Shown: in pieces, positions 35,251-49,100 of the stretch
Layout: the number at the start of each line of letters is the position of its first letter
How positions within the stretch are numbered: position 1 is the first letter of the stretch
Position numbers and translations under genes: made by a program
The notes under the pieces: model-generated
What the model was told of the DNA's origin: nothing
Seen by the model: the letters and a program-made list of their open reading frames with translations, nothing else
The model's database searches: none
Origin: Macrostomum hystrix
Taxonomy: Eukaryota; Animalia; Platyhelminthes
Reading direction: 5' to 3'
Assembly (NCBI GenBank): GCA_950097015.1
Contig: CATNEN010000007.1
Span: forward strand, 9,672,001 to 9,736,000
Length of the DNA: 64,000 nucleotides

Positions 35251-36189
35251 TTTCTCTAATCTTCCTCTCTGACGGGAAGTCACATTCACACTAGCAGCTT
35301 GCCAGCAGAAGCAGCTCATTTCTCAGCCTCCCCTCAAATAAATCCGCATGAAATCCCCTCTCGCCGAGTCCCCAGTCGGTCAAGTGTTGGCCCTCTTGCT
35401 CTCCTCTCCGTCACTTTCTTTGTCAATCTTCTCTCTCGCATTATCTGCTTCTTCTGCAGGCCTGGGACGCCCAGGCTGATCCACCACCGCCGGATTAACG
35501 CCACCCCTCCCTCCCCGGATTCCCAAGCAGCTGCGGCAGCAGTGATGAAGCGACCGGCCTGAGTCTGGGAGGGGGGCGGGGCGGGGCAAGGAAATAATAA
35601 GTTAATAAGCATGAAGCGGGCGGGCCCCGACCCGGCCATCGCCTGACTTTTAATCGCCTGAGCGGCGTCTGCGAGTTCTTCGCCCGCCAGCCCGAGTGTC
35701 CGAGGCCGGAGGGCCGACTTCCTGTCTCTGCAGCTCTTCATATGGGGAATCGATTCCCGGGCCTTGGACCAGCTGCCCGCACGAGAGGAGTTTGAGCAGT
35801 TCCCCTCTGCCCCAATCCGCCACTGCCGCTTTCCCCGGCCTGCTAGAAGAAATCTAGTTTTTGAGAAATCTCAAAAATAAGAGGCAGGCGGCGGGTCAGG
35901 GACGGGGTGAAAGTCGGCCTTGCTTTACAGACAGTCCGGGCCTTCTGTGCAAATATTTAACCTCGCCTCGCTCAAATATTGCCAAGACTCCTGCCTATTG
36001 GACACTTCTATTCCTCATTCTGGCGAATGCGCAATGCTCCACTGCCAGTAGTCACTTGCCGATAAAAGGCGAGAGACAGATAAGCTAGGACAAAGAAGAC
36101 CTGGATTTGACATTTTTAAATGAACATTTTCTTTTTTCTCTGTTTAACACTGCCGGTAAACTGTTGCCTAAAACTGTTCCAATTTTGAG

Positions 36190-36750
36190 GGGTAGGGTTG
36201 CAGGTGTGGTCATTGGTAGGGTCGCAGGTATGCTCATTGGTAAGGTTGCAGGTATGGTCATTGGTAGGGTTGCAGGTATGCTTATTGGTAGGGTTGCTGG
36301 TATGGTCATTGGTAGGGTTGCAGGTATGGTCATTGGTAGGGTTGCAGGTATGGTAATTGGTAGGGTTGCTGGTATGCTTATTGGTAAGGTTGCAGGTGTG
36401 GTCATTGGTAGGGTTGCAGGTATGGTCATTGGTAGGGTTGCAGGTATGCTCATTGGTAGGGTTGCAGGTATGGTCATTGGTAGGGTTGCAGGTATGCTCA
36501 TTGGTAGGGTTGCAGGTATGGTCATTAGTAGGGTTGCAGGTGTGGTCATTGGTAGGGTTGCAGGTATGGTCATTGGTAGGGTTGCAGGTATGCTCATTGG
36601 TAGGGTTGCAGGTATGCTCATTGGTAGGGTTGCAGGTATGGTCATTGGTAGGGTTGCAGGTATGCTTATTGGTAAGGTTGCAGGTATGGTCATTGGTAGG
36701 GTTGCAGGTATGCTCATTGGTAGGGTTGCAGGTATGCTCATTGGTCATTG
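36190..36750. repeat. 24-bp minisatellite ggtagggttgcaggtatggtcatt, ~23 copies
   Basis: Direct tandem repetition; the 24-bp period opens ORFs in several frames. Confidence 0.95.
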
Positions 36751-37254
36751 GTAGAGATGCTGCTCACAGCTATGGTAGCTTAAATGGCTAATTTGGTACT
36801 GACATGTTCTACAGAAGTTTATGGCTCAAGTAGCAGATAATTCCATGCTCAGTCTGTGATTGAGTTCTGACTGTGCAACCGCAGAATGTCTGCAGGGCCT
36901 CAAGCAGCTTTTTGTTCCGCATTGCTGGCCCAGTGTAGCAGAATCAATAGCAGCAGTGTCAGACTCGCAATATGCACAGCAGGCCTCGGCATCGATTCAC
37001 CAAATCGAGCTCGATTTGGAGGCTGATCCAGTTTCACATTACCGAGTCACGGCTCGGTGGGGTGGGGCGGCTGGGGGCAGCCCGGTCAGTTGGGAATTCG
37101 AATCGAGCTGCTAAGGTCGCCCAGCCAATGGCGGCTCGGCCCATTGGACCGGGAAAACAAGAAGACGGGCTTCCGTTGGGGTGAACTGGAAAGCCGCGTC
37201 TCCCACTGGAAGAACTCCTCGGCAGCTCCAGTCCTTCTGCCACGCCGATCGCCG

Positions 37255-39247
37255 ATGTCCCTGCCGTCTCCGGCCCTCAGCCGCAGGAGCGGCGGCAGCT
37301 CCAGTCACGTGACCTACAGCCCGCTCAGCTCGCCCGGACTCCATAGGCGCAAGCCGCTGCCCACCAGGCTGCTGCCGCAGAAGAAGCGGGTTTTCCCCAT
37401 AGACAGCGAGCTGGACAGGCCGGATTCACCGACTGGGAGCGAGATTAGCGCCCGGCCGAGCATCAGAGACAAGCGGATTAGGGACCTCTTCAGGGCCAGC
37501 GTGAGTTTGGCTTTTGGGATTAGAATCCCATGGTCAGTGCATTCCTCAGAATCCCATGGCCAGTGCATTCCTCAGAATCCCATGGCCTGCACATTCAAAT
37601 GGGATTAGTGAATCTTCCTGTGTTGCAGAATCAGTATTACACAAATTTGTTAATTAGAATCTGTGCTGGGATAACACGTTGGTTAGCCAGCAACCCCTCC
37701 CAGTCCCTTGACAATCATCGTGGTAGCCTAGTGAGAAGGCATTGTAGCGGATCTGCCATATGCGGGCGCCCGCTCTCTCGTCCTGCGATTCCAAGGAGAA
37801 AACAGAACGGTAACAAATAGGCACAAGCTGTTTCTTGTGAACTGCTGCTGCTGCTGCTGTGAATTGTCGACCTCGAGTGTTGGAGTGAGTGAGAGGAGGC
37901 AGGCAGCCTGACGAAGCAACTGCAGCTGCGAGTGTCGGGGCAGGTAATTGCCCCAGCCCGCCAGCGGGAGCCGCAGCTGCGCAGCCAAGGAGGAAATGTC
38001 TCGCGTGTCTCCCGCCCCGGTCACCCAACACCGCCGGGTCACTTGAAACTTTTCTATCGGACGCATCGCTCGGGGAGGGCGCATAGCGAGGGCTGCAGTC
38101 CCGATGGCATGATCCAGGATCAGGATGGGTGTCCAACTCGATGCAGAAGAATTAGATGCGTTTCTGGCAAGAAGGGGCAAATAAATATTAGCTGAACACA
38201 CACACACTCACACACACACACACACTCACACGAGTGAATCCCGGCGCTCTGTCCCGTGGGAAACTGGCGCGGCACTTCCAGTCCGCAGCCCGCATAGTCG
38301 GCCTGGCCAGCTGTGAATGTCCAATTAGGTGCCGAGGCCTCCGCCGCGCCAGGAGCCCCTGCCGCCGGCACAGTTCGCTGCCAGCTGTCTCGCACACTGC
38401 GGCGGCCACCGACCCCATCGCTCTTTCTCCGCCCCGCCTCCCCGCCGCCATCTCTGGGAGCGGAAATCTGTCGCCAGCCGTGAGTTTCCCTTCGCCTTAA
38501 TCAATTCGACACAGTCAAGACGCAGCGAAGCCCACCCGATTCCTCCCACTTCCCCAGTGCGGCTGCACCTCTTTGCCTCCGCATTCCTGCCTTGGCAGCC
38601 GAGCCTCTGCAGCTGACCGCATGACGCTGCATCTGCTTATCTCGAATCCGGCCCGCCTGCACTTTCCCTCTGCTCCAGCCTCCCTCTGTTCTTCTACCAG
38701 GCGCAAAGCAAGTAGCAAGAAAGCCGTTGTTGAATTGCCGGACCGAAAGTGGCTGGCGGCTGCGGCTCCGTGATGGAGAGTGCCGATGCGGCCGCGGGAA
38801 GCTCGGCACTTGCTTCTTGGCTTCTTTTCTGCCTTTTTTCTCCCATTCTTTCCCACTCCCTCCCGCTCGCTTAGTCGTCGATCTGCTATTTCGCTTTTCA
38901 GCCAGGTCATTCAGCCCCCCCATTTTGGAAGGCCCGCCCGCCCGCCCGCCCCGGCATCGGGGATTCATCCGCGCGGATCCGGTGCAACTTGCCAACCCGC
39001 AGCGCAGCGGGGGGCCTGGGGCTGCCGGCCCTGACAGAGCCGATTGTCGGCAGGCTGCTCGCCCGATCTCTCAAAGCCTAATTAGCGGTGCCAGGCACTG
39101 CTTAATAGCACAATCGGCCTTTCAGGGAGCTGGCTTAACTGATGGCCGGACTGACGCGAGCCTCTCCCATTCCTAAAACAGGATATCCGCTGCCACTCGG
39201 CGCCCAACTCTCCGCGGGTGTCCTACTGTTCCGCCGGCACCGCGGCC

Positions 39248-39292
<45 letters not shown>

Positions 39293-41249
39293 TGCACGCA
39301 CTCCCAGCAGCAGGTGGCCGCCAGCATCCGTAGGCAGCGCAACGCCTCGATGTGCTCCGCCGGCGCGCTTCAGCAGCTGCAGCCGCCGCCGCCGCCATAC
39401 CCAGGCAGCTGCCGATCTCTGCTAGCTAGCGGTGGAGCCGCAGCCGTTGCTGGCAGCCAGAGCTCCCTGCTGAGCTCCCAGACCACCGTGTCCTACGCCT
39501 GCCGAGTGCAGGAGGTGCGCGAGCTCAGCCTGGGCCGGCACAACTCAGAGCCCTTCGGCATGAAGGTCGAATGCGTCGGCAGGGTGAGCGAATCACGCCA
39601 TTGTCGGCTGCTAGACAAAGCTGAACAAAACAAGCGATAAGAAATTCGAATATTGAGTCCTTCCTATCCGAGTTGACGAGTTCGGCCTCTGCTTCCCTCT
39701 CCTTCCCTGTGGGATCGGGAGCAGCAGTCGATTTCCCATCGCGTGCAGCAGCGCGACTTCGAGAAGAGCAGGAAGGACGGGTGGCGCCCTGAGAGATCTG
39801 GAAATTGCTTCTTTCCTCATCACGCGAGTCCAGCTGGAGGTGCGAAATTTCATCCCGGCCCTTTGATTTGATCCCCGCGAAAAATTGCATTTCAAAAAGC
39901 CATGGAAGGGAAGGGAAAGGGGCGCAACTCTGAGCCACTGGGAGGTAATTAGTGCCCAGTCGATTGGGAAGTCGCGGACTTTGGGGCAAGGAAACACTGG
40001 CCGAAGTGCATCCCGTCTGTTCTTTCCTCACCTCGTGTGTCTACTCTAAGTAGAACGAAAGTTAGCTGCAGTTTTCTATATCGCCAGTTAAAAGCTCGCC
40101 CAATCTGCCAACCGGTCCGCAGTCGTTCTTCATCACCCACGTGGTGGCAGGCTCAGTGGCCGCCTACGCCGGGCTGAAGTCTGGCGACGAGATCGTCGGC
40201 ATCAACGGGCGGCAGCTGGAGGGCCTGGGGACCCGGGAGGTGCTACAAATTATTCGGCGGTGTGAGGTGTCAGTGCGGCTGTCCTACCGCCCCAGGTGAG
40301 CACACTGAGCACACTGAGCACACTGAGGGCATCCCCAGTGCCTTATCTCAGTGCTAAATACTCCTCGTTTAAAATTCCCCAGTACCAGATCCCCAGTGTA
40401 AGATGCATATTGCCATATCGCTTTTGCTAGATTTAAATTTTTTAATCCCATTGGCTAGATCCCCCCTGGTAAAACCACAATGCTATATCCCATTGCTATA
40501 TCCTCATTGCAATATACCCAGTACCAGACCCACAAAAGTGTCTAGATGTTCAAAACCTTTACATTGGAATTCGCAGAGCGGTCGTAGCCCGCATCCGGGA
40601 AGTGTGCCTGATGAAGGACAACGGTGTAGTCGGCTTGCGCCTGCAGAAGAAGCCGGATGTGAGTGCAGGCCGCCTCATTGGTCTTGAGATCATGAGCTCA
40701 AAGTAGTTTCAGTCGCATAATCCTAGGTGTTACTGTAAGAAACGCCACATGCTACTCATCAGTAGTTTGTTAGAAACCCAGCAGTCAGGATTCGAGCCCG
40801 TCAAGTCGGACCCGCCTCCTCCGCAGGGACTGTACATCGACTTCGTCAAGCTCGGCACTCCGGCGCACTTGGCCGGCCTGAAAGAGGGCGACCAGGTGCT
40901 GAAGATTAACGGCCACTTCGTCACCGAGTGGTCGATGGAGGGCGCCATGGCGCTGCTGAAGTCGCTGAATGAGCAGCTGGTGCTGCTGGTGCGCGAGACT
41001 CTGCCGCTAGTGGCGCCGGCCCTGGCCGCGCGGCAGCCGACCAGCCGTCTGGCCAGTCTGCGCTCCTCGCGGCTAACTCTCGCATCAGCGCCCGCCTGCG
41101 GTTGGCGAACTCCCGACGGCTGCTCCGTCGCCGCCAAGGAGGTCGACGGCTGTTGCTCGGCTGTAGACCATAGCGTCGCCTCCAGCGCGGGCACGCAGCT
41201 GCCGCTGAAGCTGCCGCTGGAGCTGACGCCACGCAGCTCTGCTTCGTGA
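37255..41249 (+). CDS. Tandem two-PDZ protein, syntenin-like; exons 37255-37500, 39182-39583, 40123-40295, 40577-40658, 40827-41249
   Basis: Phases join. PDZ-a: FGMKV..FFITHVVAGSVAAYAGLKSGDEIVGING. PDZ-b: IREVCLMKDNGVVGLRL...GLYIDFVKLGTPAHLAGLKEGDQVLKING...WS, close to syntenin PDZ1. PolyQ/PPPY N-terminus. Start codon uncertain. Confidence 0.85.
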
Positions 41250-41504
41250 AGGCTGACAGCACTGGCAATCCTTCCCTGACCGCTTCAAATGCGCTGATTA
41301 CCGACTGCACCCGGCCAGTGTCAGTGTTCCGCTATTTTCGCTATTCTATTTCGCGCCCCCAATGTGCCGAGCCAAGCGTTGGTGAATAAAGTGCATGTAA
41401 AACATATCGCATTAGGTGATGGGACACGGAAAATACAACAGATTTCCGTACACCTATTGTTGTACATTTCTGCTTTTTGTGTGCTTTCAGAGGAGGTGTG
41501 AATT

Positions 41505-41810
41505 GTGTGTGAGTCCACAGTGCTCAGAGTGCAGGAGTTGTGAACAGTCTGTGAGTCCACAGTGCTCAGAGTGCAGGAGTTGTGAACAGTCTGTGAGATC
41601 ACAGTGCTCAGAATGCAGGAGTTGTGAACAGTCTGTGAGTCCACAATGCTCAGAGTGCAGGAGTTGTGAACAGTCTGTGAGTCCACAGTGCTCAGAGTGC
41701 AGGAGTTGTGAACAGTCTGTGAGTCCACAGTGCTCAGAATGCAGGAGTTGTGAACAGTCTGTGAGTCCACAGTGCTCAGAATGCAGGAGTTGTGAACAGT
41801 CTGTGAGTCC
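41505..41810. repeat. 42-bp minisatellite, ~7 copies
   Basis: Unit gtgagtccacagtgctcagagtgcaggagttgtgaacagtct. Confidence 0.95.
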
Positions 41811-43107
41811 TATGAGTGCAACCAGATAAGCAGAGTCCGAATTTCAGTTAAAAAGAGCACTAAATGCAATCAAGCAAGCTGATCAGCTGCACTGCTCAGT
41901 GAAGAGGTGACTGCTCAGCTGTCAAGTTGTCTACCCAGCCTGAGTAGCAAGATGGCAGGTGCAATTATCGTACCTGCAGTTGTAGTCCTGGCAACGCAGC
42001 TAATGAGTGTCTGCAGGATGCGGGTCTTGAATGGCTCACGGAATTATTTAGCTAATTATTTTTAATCACCATCTCCTGCAGTGTCTATCAGTATGTCTTG
42101 ATGTTTGATAATAAAATCTGAAAGCCTGAGTCAGATGGGGTTAAGCCAGTATATTACTCGTAGAATATTTTTTTAAACCAAGGAGGAAGGTTGATATGTC
42201 GAAGGCTGGTTACTAAGTGCACCTGTCACAAAGGATCGCAAAAATGGGCAGAATTAGTTTCAAGCAGTACAAAGGAGGAAAATCGTGAGCACAGGAGAAC
42301 TCTCGATGTAAAAAGTCTTGCAACATGCTGCATATCACCTTGCCATTGCCAAGAGAACAATGGGGAGTGCAGACACTACTGTCCTCCTTAGTCCAGGCCG
42401 TTGCACTCTTAGCTTAGGTGCTTCAAGGTAGAAAAAGTTGGGAGCCAGGCAAGGACTCGAAGGGCAATTCAGCTGCACAGGCTGCGCCATTGTACCGAAG
42501 CCGCACTGATGGCTCCTTTGAGCGAGTTGGGGAGGCCTTGTTCCTCAAAGCGACCCCCTGGAAAGGAAGCTGCTGAGAGCAGCCTGGATATGCGAGGCAA
42601 ATGCGAGCTAAATCATAGAGAGGCTCAGCTCTGAGCAGCTGTGAGCACTTTGCAAATGGCCTGTCTGGGATAATTGAGGATCATAGGGATCCATCATGGG
42701 GATATCTGTGTCGGGCGCATTGTTTGGCGATGGTCGAGCCGGTCAGATCTACCCACTCCACTGAGCTCTGAGCTCATTCTCAGGTACGACTCATTCTTCT
42801 GCTCGCGCTTTGGCCTCCTTGATAGCCATTTTTGGACTATTTGGGCAAACACGAATGCCGGGTCGCGTGCGCACCTGCGCTGTTTGAGGGCTGCGGGATC
42901 GAGCAGCCACAGGCCGTGCTGCTCTCATCAAATGATAAAGCGGCAGTGCAGGCTACAGTGCTTTCCTGAGCCAGCGCATCTGATTGGCCATGGCCAGGAG
43001 GGGCGGCTAGCATAAGGCTTTGCCACAGAAAAGCGGGCTTCAGACGGTGGCCAAGCCACAGCCGGCTTCCCAGCAACCTCAGGCCGCCGCGCACCGCTGT
43101 CAGATCA

Positions 43108-46100
43108 ATGCGCCTTCTCCGTCCATGGCTTCTGGCTGCCGCTGCAGGTGAGCGGGCGGGCAGGCGGGCGGGCTGGCGGACGGGCTGGTTTCGGGGACAG
43201 AAATCCCTTGAAAAAAATGAGCCTAAAATTAAACAGGCCGCTACGGATCCCCGCCTGATCGATGCGGCAAACTTGGAGAAATTTTAGCCCAGGGGCGGGG
43301 TGCCACTTGAAGCTGGAAAAGGCAGTGCTCAAGCTGCGGTGGGCCGCGGAAAGTGCAAGTCATCGGGAAACGGCAGCGACGGCCCTGTCTGCAGGAGGGT
43401 TGGAACGCGAAAAGCTTGGTCGCTAATTTCCAATAGAAAACTTTCACCGAAGCCGCGATAGTTGCAGGTGAATGGCAGGAAATTTTAATGGGCCAATATT
43501 AAAATGTGAAGAAGTGAGTTCTGCGCAGTGCCGGGGTTAATTTTAGCCACAATGGCAGCAGGGAGTCAATAGGGTTGCCTACTCAACCAGGGGCTTGAGT
43601 TAATGCTCAATTTTCAGCTTTCTCACTATCCGTTGCTGAACAATGGCATCAAGATAGAATTAGCCTTGAGCTGCAGTTGCAGGCTCCCATGAGACTGAGC
43701 CGGCTCTTGTCAGTGCTCAAATCTGCTGCTGCTGCTCCTGCTGCTCTTGGTTGCAGTCTCTGATTTTTCAGCCTGTTGAAGTAAAAAAAATCTGGAATGC
43801 GCATTTTAGCTTTTTGACAGACTACCATTCGAAGATCAGAACTGGTTGTAGAAATCAGTAGGTATCCTTTTTGTGTCAGTAGGTTTCCTTTTTGTGTCAG
43901 TAGGTATCCTTTTTGTGTCAGTAGGATCGTCTTGCGTCAGTGGAGATCCTCTTGTGTCAGAAGGGATACTATCGTGTCAGTAGGGATACTCTCGTGTGAG
44001 TAGGGATACTCTCGTGTCAGTAGGGATACTCTTGTGTCAGTGGAGATCCTCTTGTGTCAGTGGAGATCCTCTTGTGTCAGTAGAGATCCTCTCGTGTCAG
44101 TAGGGATACTCTCGTGTCAGTAGGGATCCTCTCGTGTCAGTAGGGATACTCTCGTGTCAGTAGGTTTCCTTTTTGTGTCAGTAGGATCGTCTTGCGTCAG
44201 TGGAGATCCTCTTGTGTCAGTAGGAATACTCTTGGGTCAGTAGGGATACTCTCGTGTGAGTAGGGATACTCTCGTGTCAGTAGGGATCCTCTTGTGTCAG
44301 TGGAGATCCTCTTGTGTCAGTGGAGATCCTCTTGTGTCAGTAGAGATCCTCTCGTGTCAGTAGGGATACTCTCGTGTCAGTAGGGATCCTCTTGTGTCAG
44401 TAGGGCTCCTGTTTTGTCAGTCTTATGGGACAATGTATGTCATTAGGGGCAGTCTAGTGTCAGTAGGGGCAGTCAACTGTCAGTAGAGGCAGTCGAGTGT
44501 CAGTAGGGGCAGTCAACTGTCAGTAGAGGCAGTCAACTGTCAGTAGAGGCAGTCAAGTGTCAGTAGGGGGGAGTCTAGTGTCAGTAGAGGCAGTCTAGTG
44601 TCAGTAGAGGCAGTCTAGTGTCAGTAGAGGCAGTCAAGTGTCAGTAGGTGGAGTCAAGTGTCAGTAGAGGCAGTCAATTGTCAGTAAAGTCTTAGTCAGC
44701 AATGACTGCAGCTCCCATGAAGTTTGCCACCCAGCCAGATGGTTGAGCAGTCTGTAGCGGGCGCCTGAGTACGCAGTGAATGATAAATAGTTATCTGCTA
44801 TGCAGTTAAGTTTTATGGCTCCGGCTTTATGGCTGCGGCAGATGGTTGCAGACCCCAGGCGAGAGTTTTTTGTATAAGAGAACTATCTCAAATGAGCAGT
44901 GCTCAGTGTATGGCTAATTTTTTGAAAACCTATTTGAATTCATCTACTGCTGAATTTGGCCCACTCGGAGGGAATATCAAGCAGGGGGGTTGATTGTCCC
45001 CGTCTGTATGAGCACTGCCAAACATTCCGCAGCCCAGGCGCTGCCTTCCTGCTTGTTTTTTTCTTTCATTTTTTGAGCGCTCGACTGAAGTCTTGTTTTG
45101 AAATTGCCAGCCCTGCGTCCTCTGAGTCTCCACTTGCTCTGAGGCGAGGGCGACTAAATTAATCCCAGCACTGTGACTGAGCACATGCTCAAAATGGAAA
45201 TCAGCCGTTTCCAGAGCTGGCGGGAAGTTTAGGAAGGTCGGTTGGGATCTGAGCATTGCCTGCTCAGCTGCGGAGCTGGGTCCGATGGGGCACTGAAATG
45301 AATCTGACAGAACAAAAAAGTAGAGAGAGATGAGATGCGAGAGTCTCGGGGAGAGAGATGAGATGCAAGAGTCTCAGGGAGAGATGAGATACGAGAGTCT
45401 CAGGGAGAGATGAGATACGAGAGTCTCAAGGGAGAGATGAGATGCGAGAGTCTCGGGGAGAGAGGAGATATGAGAGTCTCAGGGGGAGATTAGATGCGAG
45501 AGTCTCAGGGAGAGATGAGATGCGAGAGTCTCAGGGAGAGAGATGAGATGCGAGAGTCTCAGAGAGAGATGAGATGCAAGAGTCTCAGGGAGAGAGGAGA
45601 TATGAGAGTCTCAGGGGGAGATTAGATGCGAGAGTCTCAGGGAGAGATGAGATGCGAGAGTCTCGGAGAGAGAGATGAGATGCGAGAGTCTCGGGGAGAG
45701 AGATGAGATGCGAGAGTCTCAGGGAGAGATGAGATGCGAGAGTCTCAGGGAGAGATGAGATGCGAGAGTCTCAACGGAGAGATGAGATGCGAGAGTCTCA
45801 GGGAGAGATGAGATGCAAGAGTCTCAGGGAGAGATGAGATGCGAGAGTCTCAGGGAGAGATGAGATGCGAGAGTCTCAGGGAGAGAGGAGATAGGAGAGT
45901 GTCAGGCAGACACTCAGGGAGAGAATAGATTGAAGAGGGATGCAGCCAGCAGAGCACACATAGAGCACACGCGGAGAAAACTTTTGTGCTCGAATCCGGA
46001 GGCAGAAAGTGGAGCGAATTCTGCGGAAAGCCTGTGCTCGGCTAGTCGGCATTCGCACAGGCGGAAGCCGCCGCATCCGCAGTGACTCACGCAGCTGTAG

Positions 46101-49100
46101 AGGCCGCTGGGAGGGACCCGGCCAGCCAGAGTAGAATTACTCTAATGAAATTGAGGCTGAGCTGATGGAGAAGTAAGCTGAGCCAGAGTGGAGAGTAGAT
46201 TAAATGGCTTCTGCTGACAAGTTAAATGAGTTAATGACATTTTGTTTTGACCTCACCACTGACCCATCGCCCACCGCTTTCACCTGTTTTTTTCGGTTCG
46301 CGAAGCCATCCTGGCGTCCCGTCGGCACGGAGTCCAAGCTGCGACCGAAGTGACCGCCGAGGCTGGCGACTTTGCCCTGCTCCCCTGCCTTGTCACCAGG
46401 CCAAGCAAAGCCGACGTGAGTCTTTTGGAAGGCCTTCTTCGCTTCTGGGTTCAGAGTTCTGTAAATGTGTGCTTGTGTGAGTGAATGTGTGCAGCTGTTA
46501 GTCCCATGTCTGTTAGTCCCGTGTCTGTTAGTCTCGTGTCTGTTAGTCCCGTGTCTGTTAGTCCCGTGTCTGTTAGTCCCGAGTCTGTTAGTCCCGTGTC
46601 TGGTAGTCCCGTGTCTGGTAGTCCCGTGTCTGTTAGTCCCATGTCTGTTAGTCCCGTGTCTCTGAGTCCCGTGTCTCTGAGTCCCGTGTCTCTGAATCCC
46701 GTGTCTCTGAATCCCGTGTCCCTGAGTCCCGTGTCTCTGAATCCCGTGTCCCAGAGTCGAATGAGCTTCCGATGCTTTGGGAGCTAGTGGGACAAATAGA
46801 AGCAGAAAAAAATAAAAGTAGAGACAAAGATGCTGCCTCTGCTTGCTCTTAGCAGTTCTGCTTGCCCTGCGTGACGGGCTGGTGCTTCTGTTTCCTGCCA
46901 ATGCCAGATTTCTACCACAGAAATTCATTTCTACTCATCTTTTCCCAGCCGCCCGTGCGGTGCCAAAAAAACTTCACAGCAATGCCGATTGGCACATTGT
47001 TGAGACAGGCTGACTGAGAAATTCTCTTTGACGGAGCAGCTGGACCTGGGAGCAGCCGGCTGAGCCAAACTTCTTTAGAAGGAAAATTCACAGATTTGGA
47101 TAAATTCTATGTATGGGATAAAAAAGTTGTCTTTAGGACAGAAATGAATATTTTAATTGCTCTGCTTAATCTGAATCTCACATCAAAGAGTGGCGCAAGT
47201 TGAAATTGACGCAAAACAGTCAAGTCACGTGTCCAGCTGGATGTGAGCTGGATGCGGCGTCTGTGGACATATTAACCCAGTTGAATGTGAGTCTGTAGAG
47301 TCTGTGGGTGCTTGAGCACAGTTGAATGTGAGTCTGTAGTGTCTGTGGGTGCTTGAGCACAGTTGAATGTGAGTCTGTAGTGTCTGTGGGTGCTTGACCA
47401 CAGTCGAATGTGAGTCTGCGGTCTCGGTAGCAGCCCTAGCTCGATACATTATGTTTGCCGTGTGGTGGGAGCCAGACAGCTCTAGACTGCAGCGGCAAGT
47501 GACACTGCCGGAATATTTGGCAGGCTAAATTGTAATGGGAAAATGAAACCCAATCCTCAGAAGCGGCAGGGCCCGCGCCACGCATGCCGGTCGGCCGTGG
47601 AGGCTCAGGCCGCAAACCCCCAGCCACGCTGAGATCCGGTTTCAAGTGGGGAAGCTTTCCAAGGGGAAAAGTTGGGGCCTGGCCTTTCATCTGGCGGGCT
47701 GAGCGGTGATCTCCCGTTTGTCCTTTTAGCACTCCTTTGATGTCGAATGTAGTTATTTAGTTTTGTTCTCACAGACGGGCGGCAGGCAGAGGCGAGTAGA
47801 CATGATAGACGAGCTCAGACTGTGAGCAGTGTAGGGGTTGGCGCAGTCAGTCAGGAAATATCACTCGGCCCGCCAATGTCACTTGACAGCGTGTCCGCGG
47901 GGTCAGTGCCAGGCGCAGATTGCCGGGGGAACAAATGAAGCCGCACAATCAGCCCGCATCCCAATAGGATGTGAATTAGATTGACAAGGCTGACGCCTGT
48001 GATTGATTGCCAAGTCCTGGCCGCGCTGACCGCGCCAGATCCAGCTGCGAACTCAGAGGAGTAAGTCGAGAACGAGTAGTCGGGTGGATGCGAGAATGGC
48101 GAATAGCGGAAATGAAAGAGAAGTGGGGTGGCTGCAGCAGTGAAGAGGGCGGTGAAGGGAGTGAGGTGGCTGCAGCAGTGAAGAGGGCGGTGAAGGGAGT
48201 GAGGTGGCTGCAGCAGTGAAGAGGGCAGTGAAGGGAGTGAGGTGGCTGCAGGAGTGAAGTGAGCGGTAAAGGGAGTGATGTGGCTGCAGGAGGGAAGAGA
48301 GCGGTGAAGGCAGTGAGGTAGGTGCAGCTGTGAGAATTGGTGGCTGAAGGGCACTTGGGTGGGTGGCAGTGGTTCGCTATTCGCCGGTTTACGCAAGACT
48401 TGTTCTCAACCAGGAGGACACCCTGGCCTGGTTCGGCCCGAGCTCACCCGACTTCCCGCTGACAGTCGGCGGTCGAGCGTTCACGGCAGATCCGCGATTC
48501 GGCGTTGAGACGCGCCAGCTGGGCCACGTCCAGGAGTTCAGCCTGAGCGTCAGCTTCGTCAGGAAGAGCGACTCAGGACTTTACCGGTGTCAATTCGGCA
48601 GCCCTCCGAAAAGGCAGGAGGTCCGTCTGTCCGTGAGAGGTGAGTGGCGGTATTGATGGTATTGAATAAAGGCTTAATTAACGATAAAAATAGGGAGCTG
48701 ACTGTCTGTTGTGTGTCTGTAGTGCAGGTAGGCTGGAGTGAGGTGGGTGTCTGGATTAGGGTGCAAGGAAGCTGGAGTGAGGTGGGTGTTTGGAGTCTGG
48801 GTGCAGAGAGGCTGGAGTGAGGTGGTTGTCTGGATTATGGTGCAAGGAAGCTGGAGTGAGGTGGGTGTCTGGAGTCACGGGTGCAGAGAGGCTGGAGTGA
48901 GGTGGGTGTCTGGAGTCACGGGTGCAGGCAAAGTTCGAAGTGCATAATGAAAACGTCATTCATATGGTTTCTATATATTCGTACTTTTAGATTATCCAGT
49001 AGAGTGGGTCGAACTCTGCTGCACCAGTAGCAACTGAATGTATTTCAGTTTTTTATTGCAATCATAATGAGTCAGCCCAGAAAAGTAATTATGAATCAGG

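Noticed and set aside
31350-36791. Long repetitive ORFs (GSAGIHWDQL..., IPATLPMT..., GRVAGMVI...)
   Set aside because: Products of minisatellites open in several frames on both strands, with no splice or domain context.
43689-43780. Leu-rich stretch as the Ig gene signal peptide
   Set aside because: No in-frame ATG and flanked by stops; exon 43108-43147 fits phase and sequence better.
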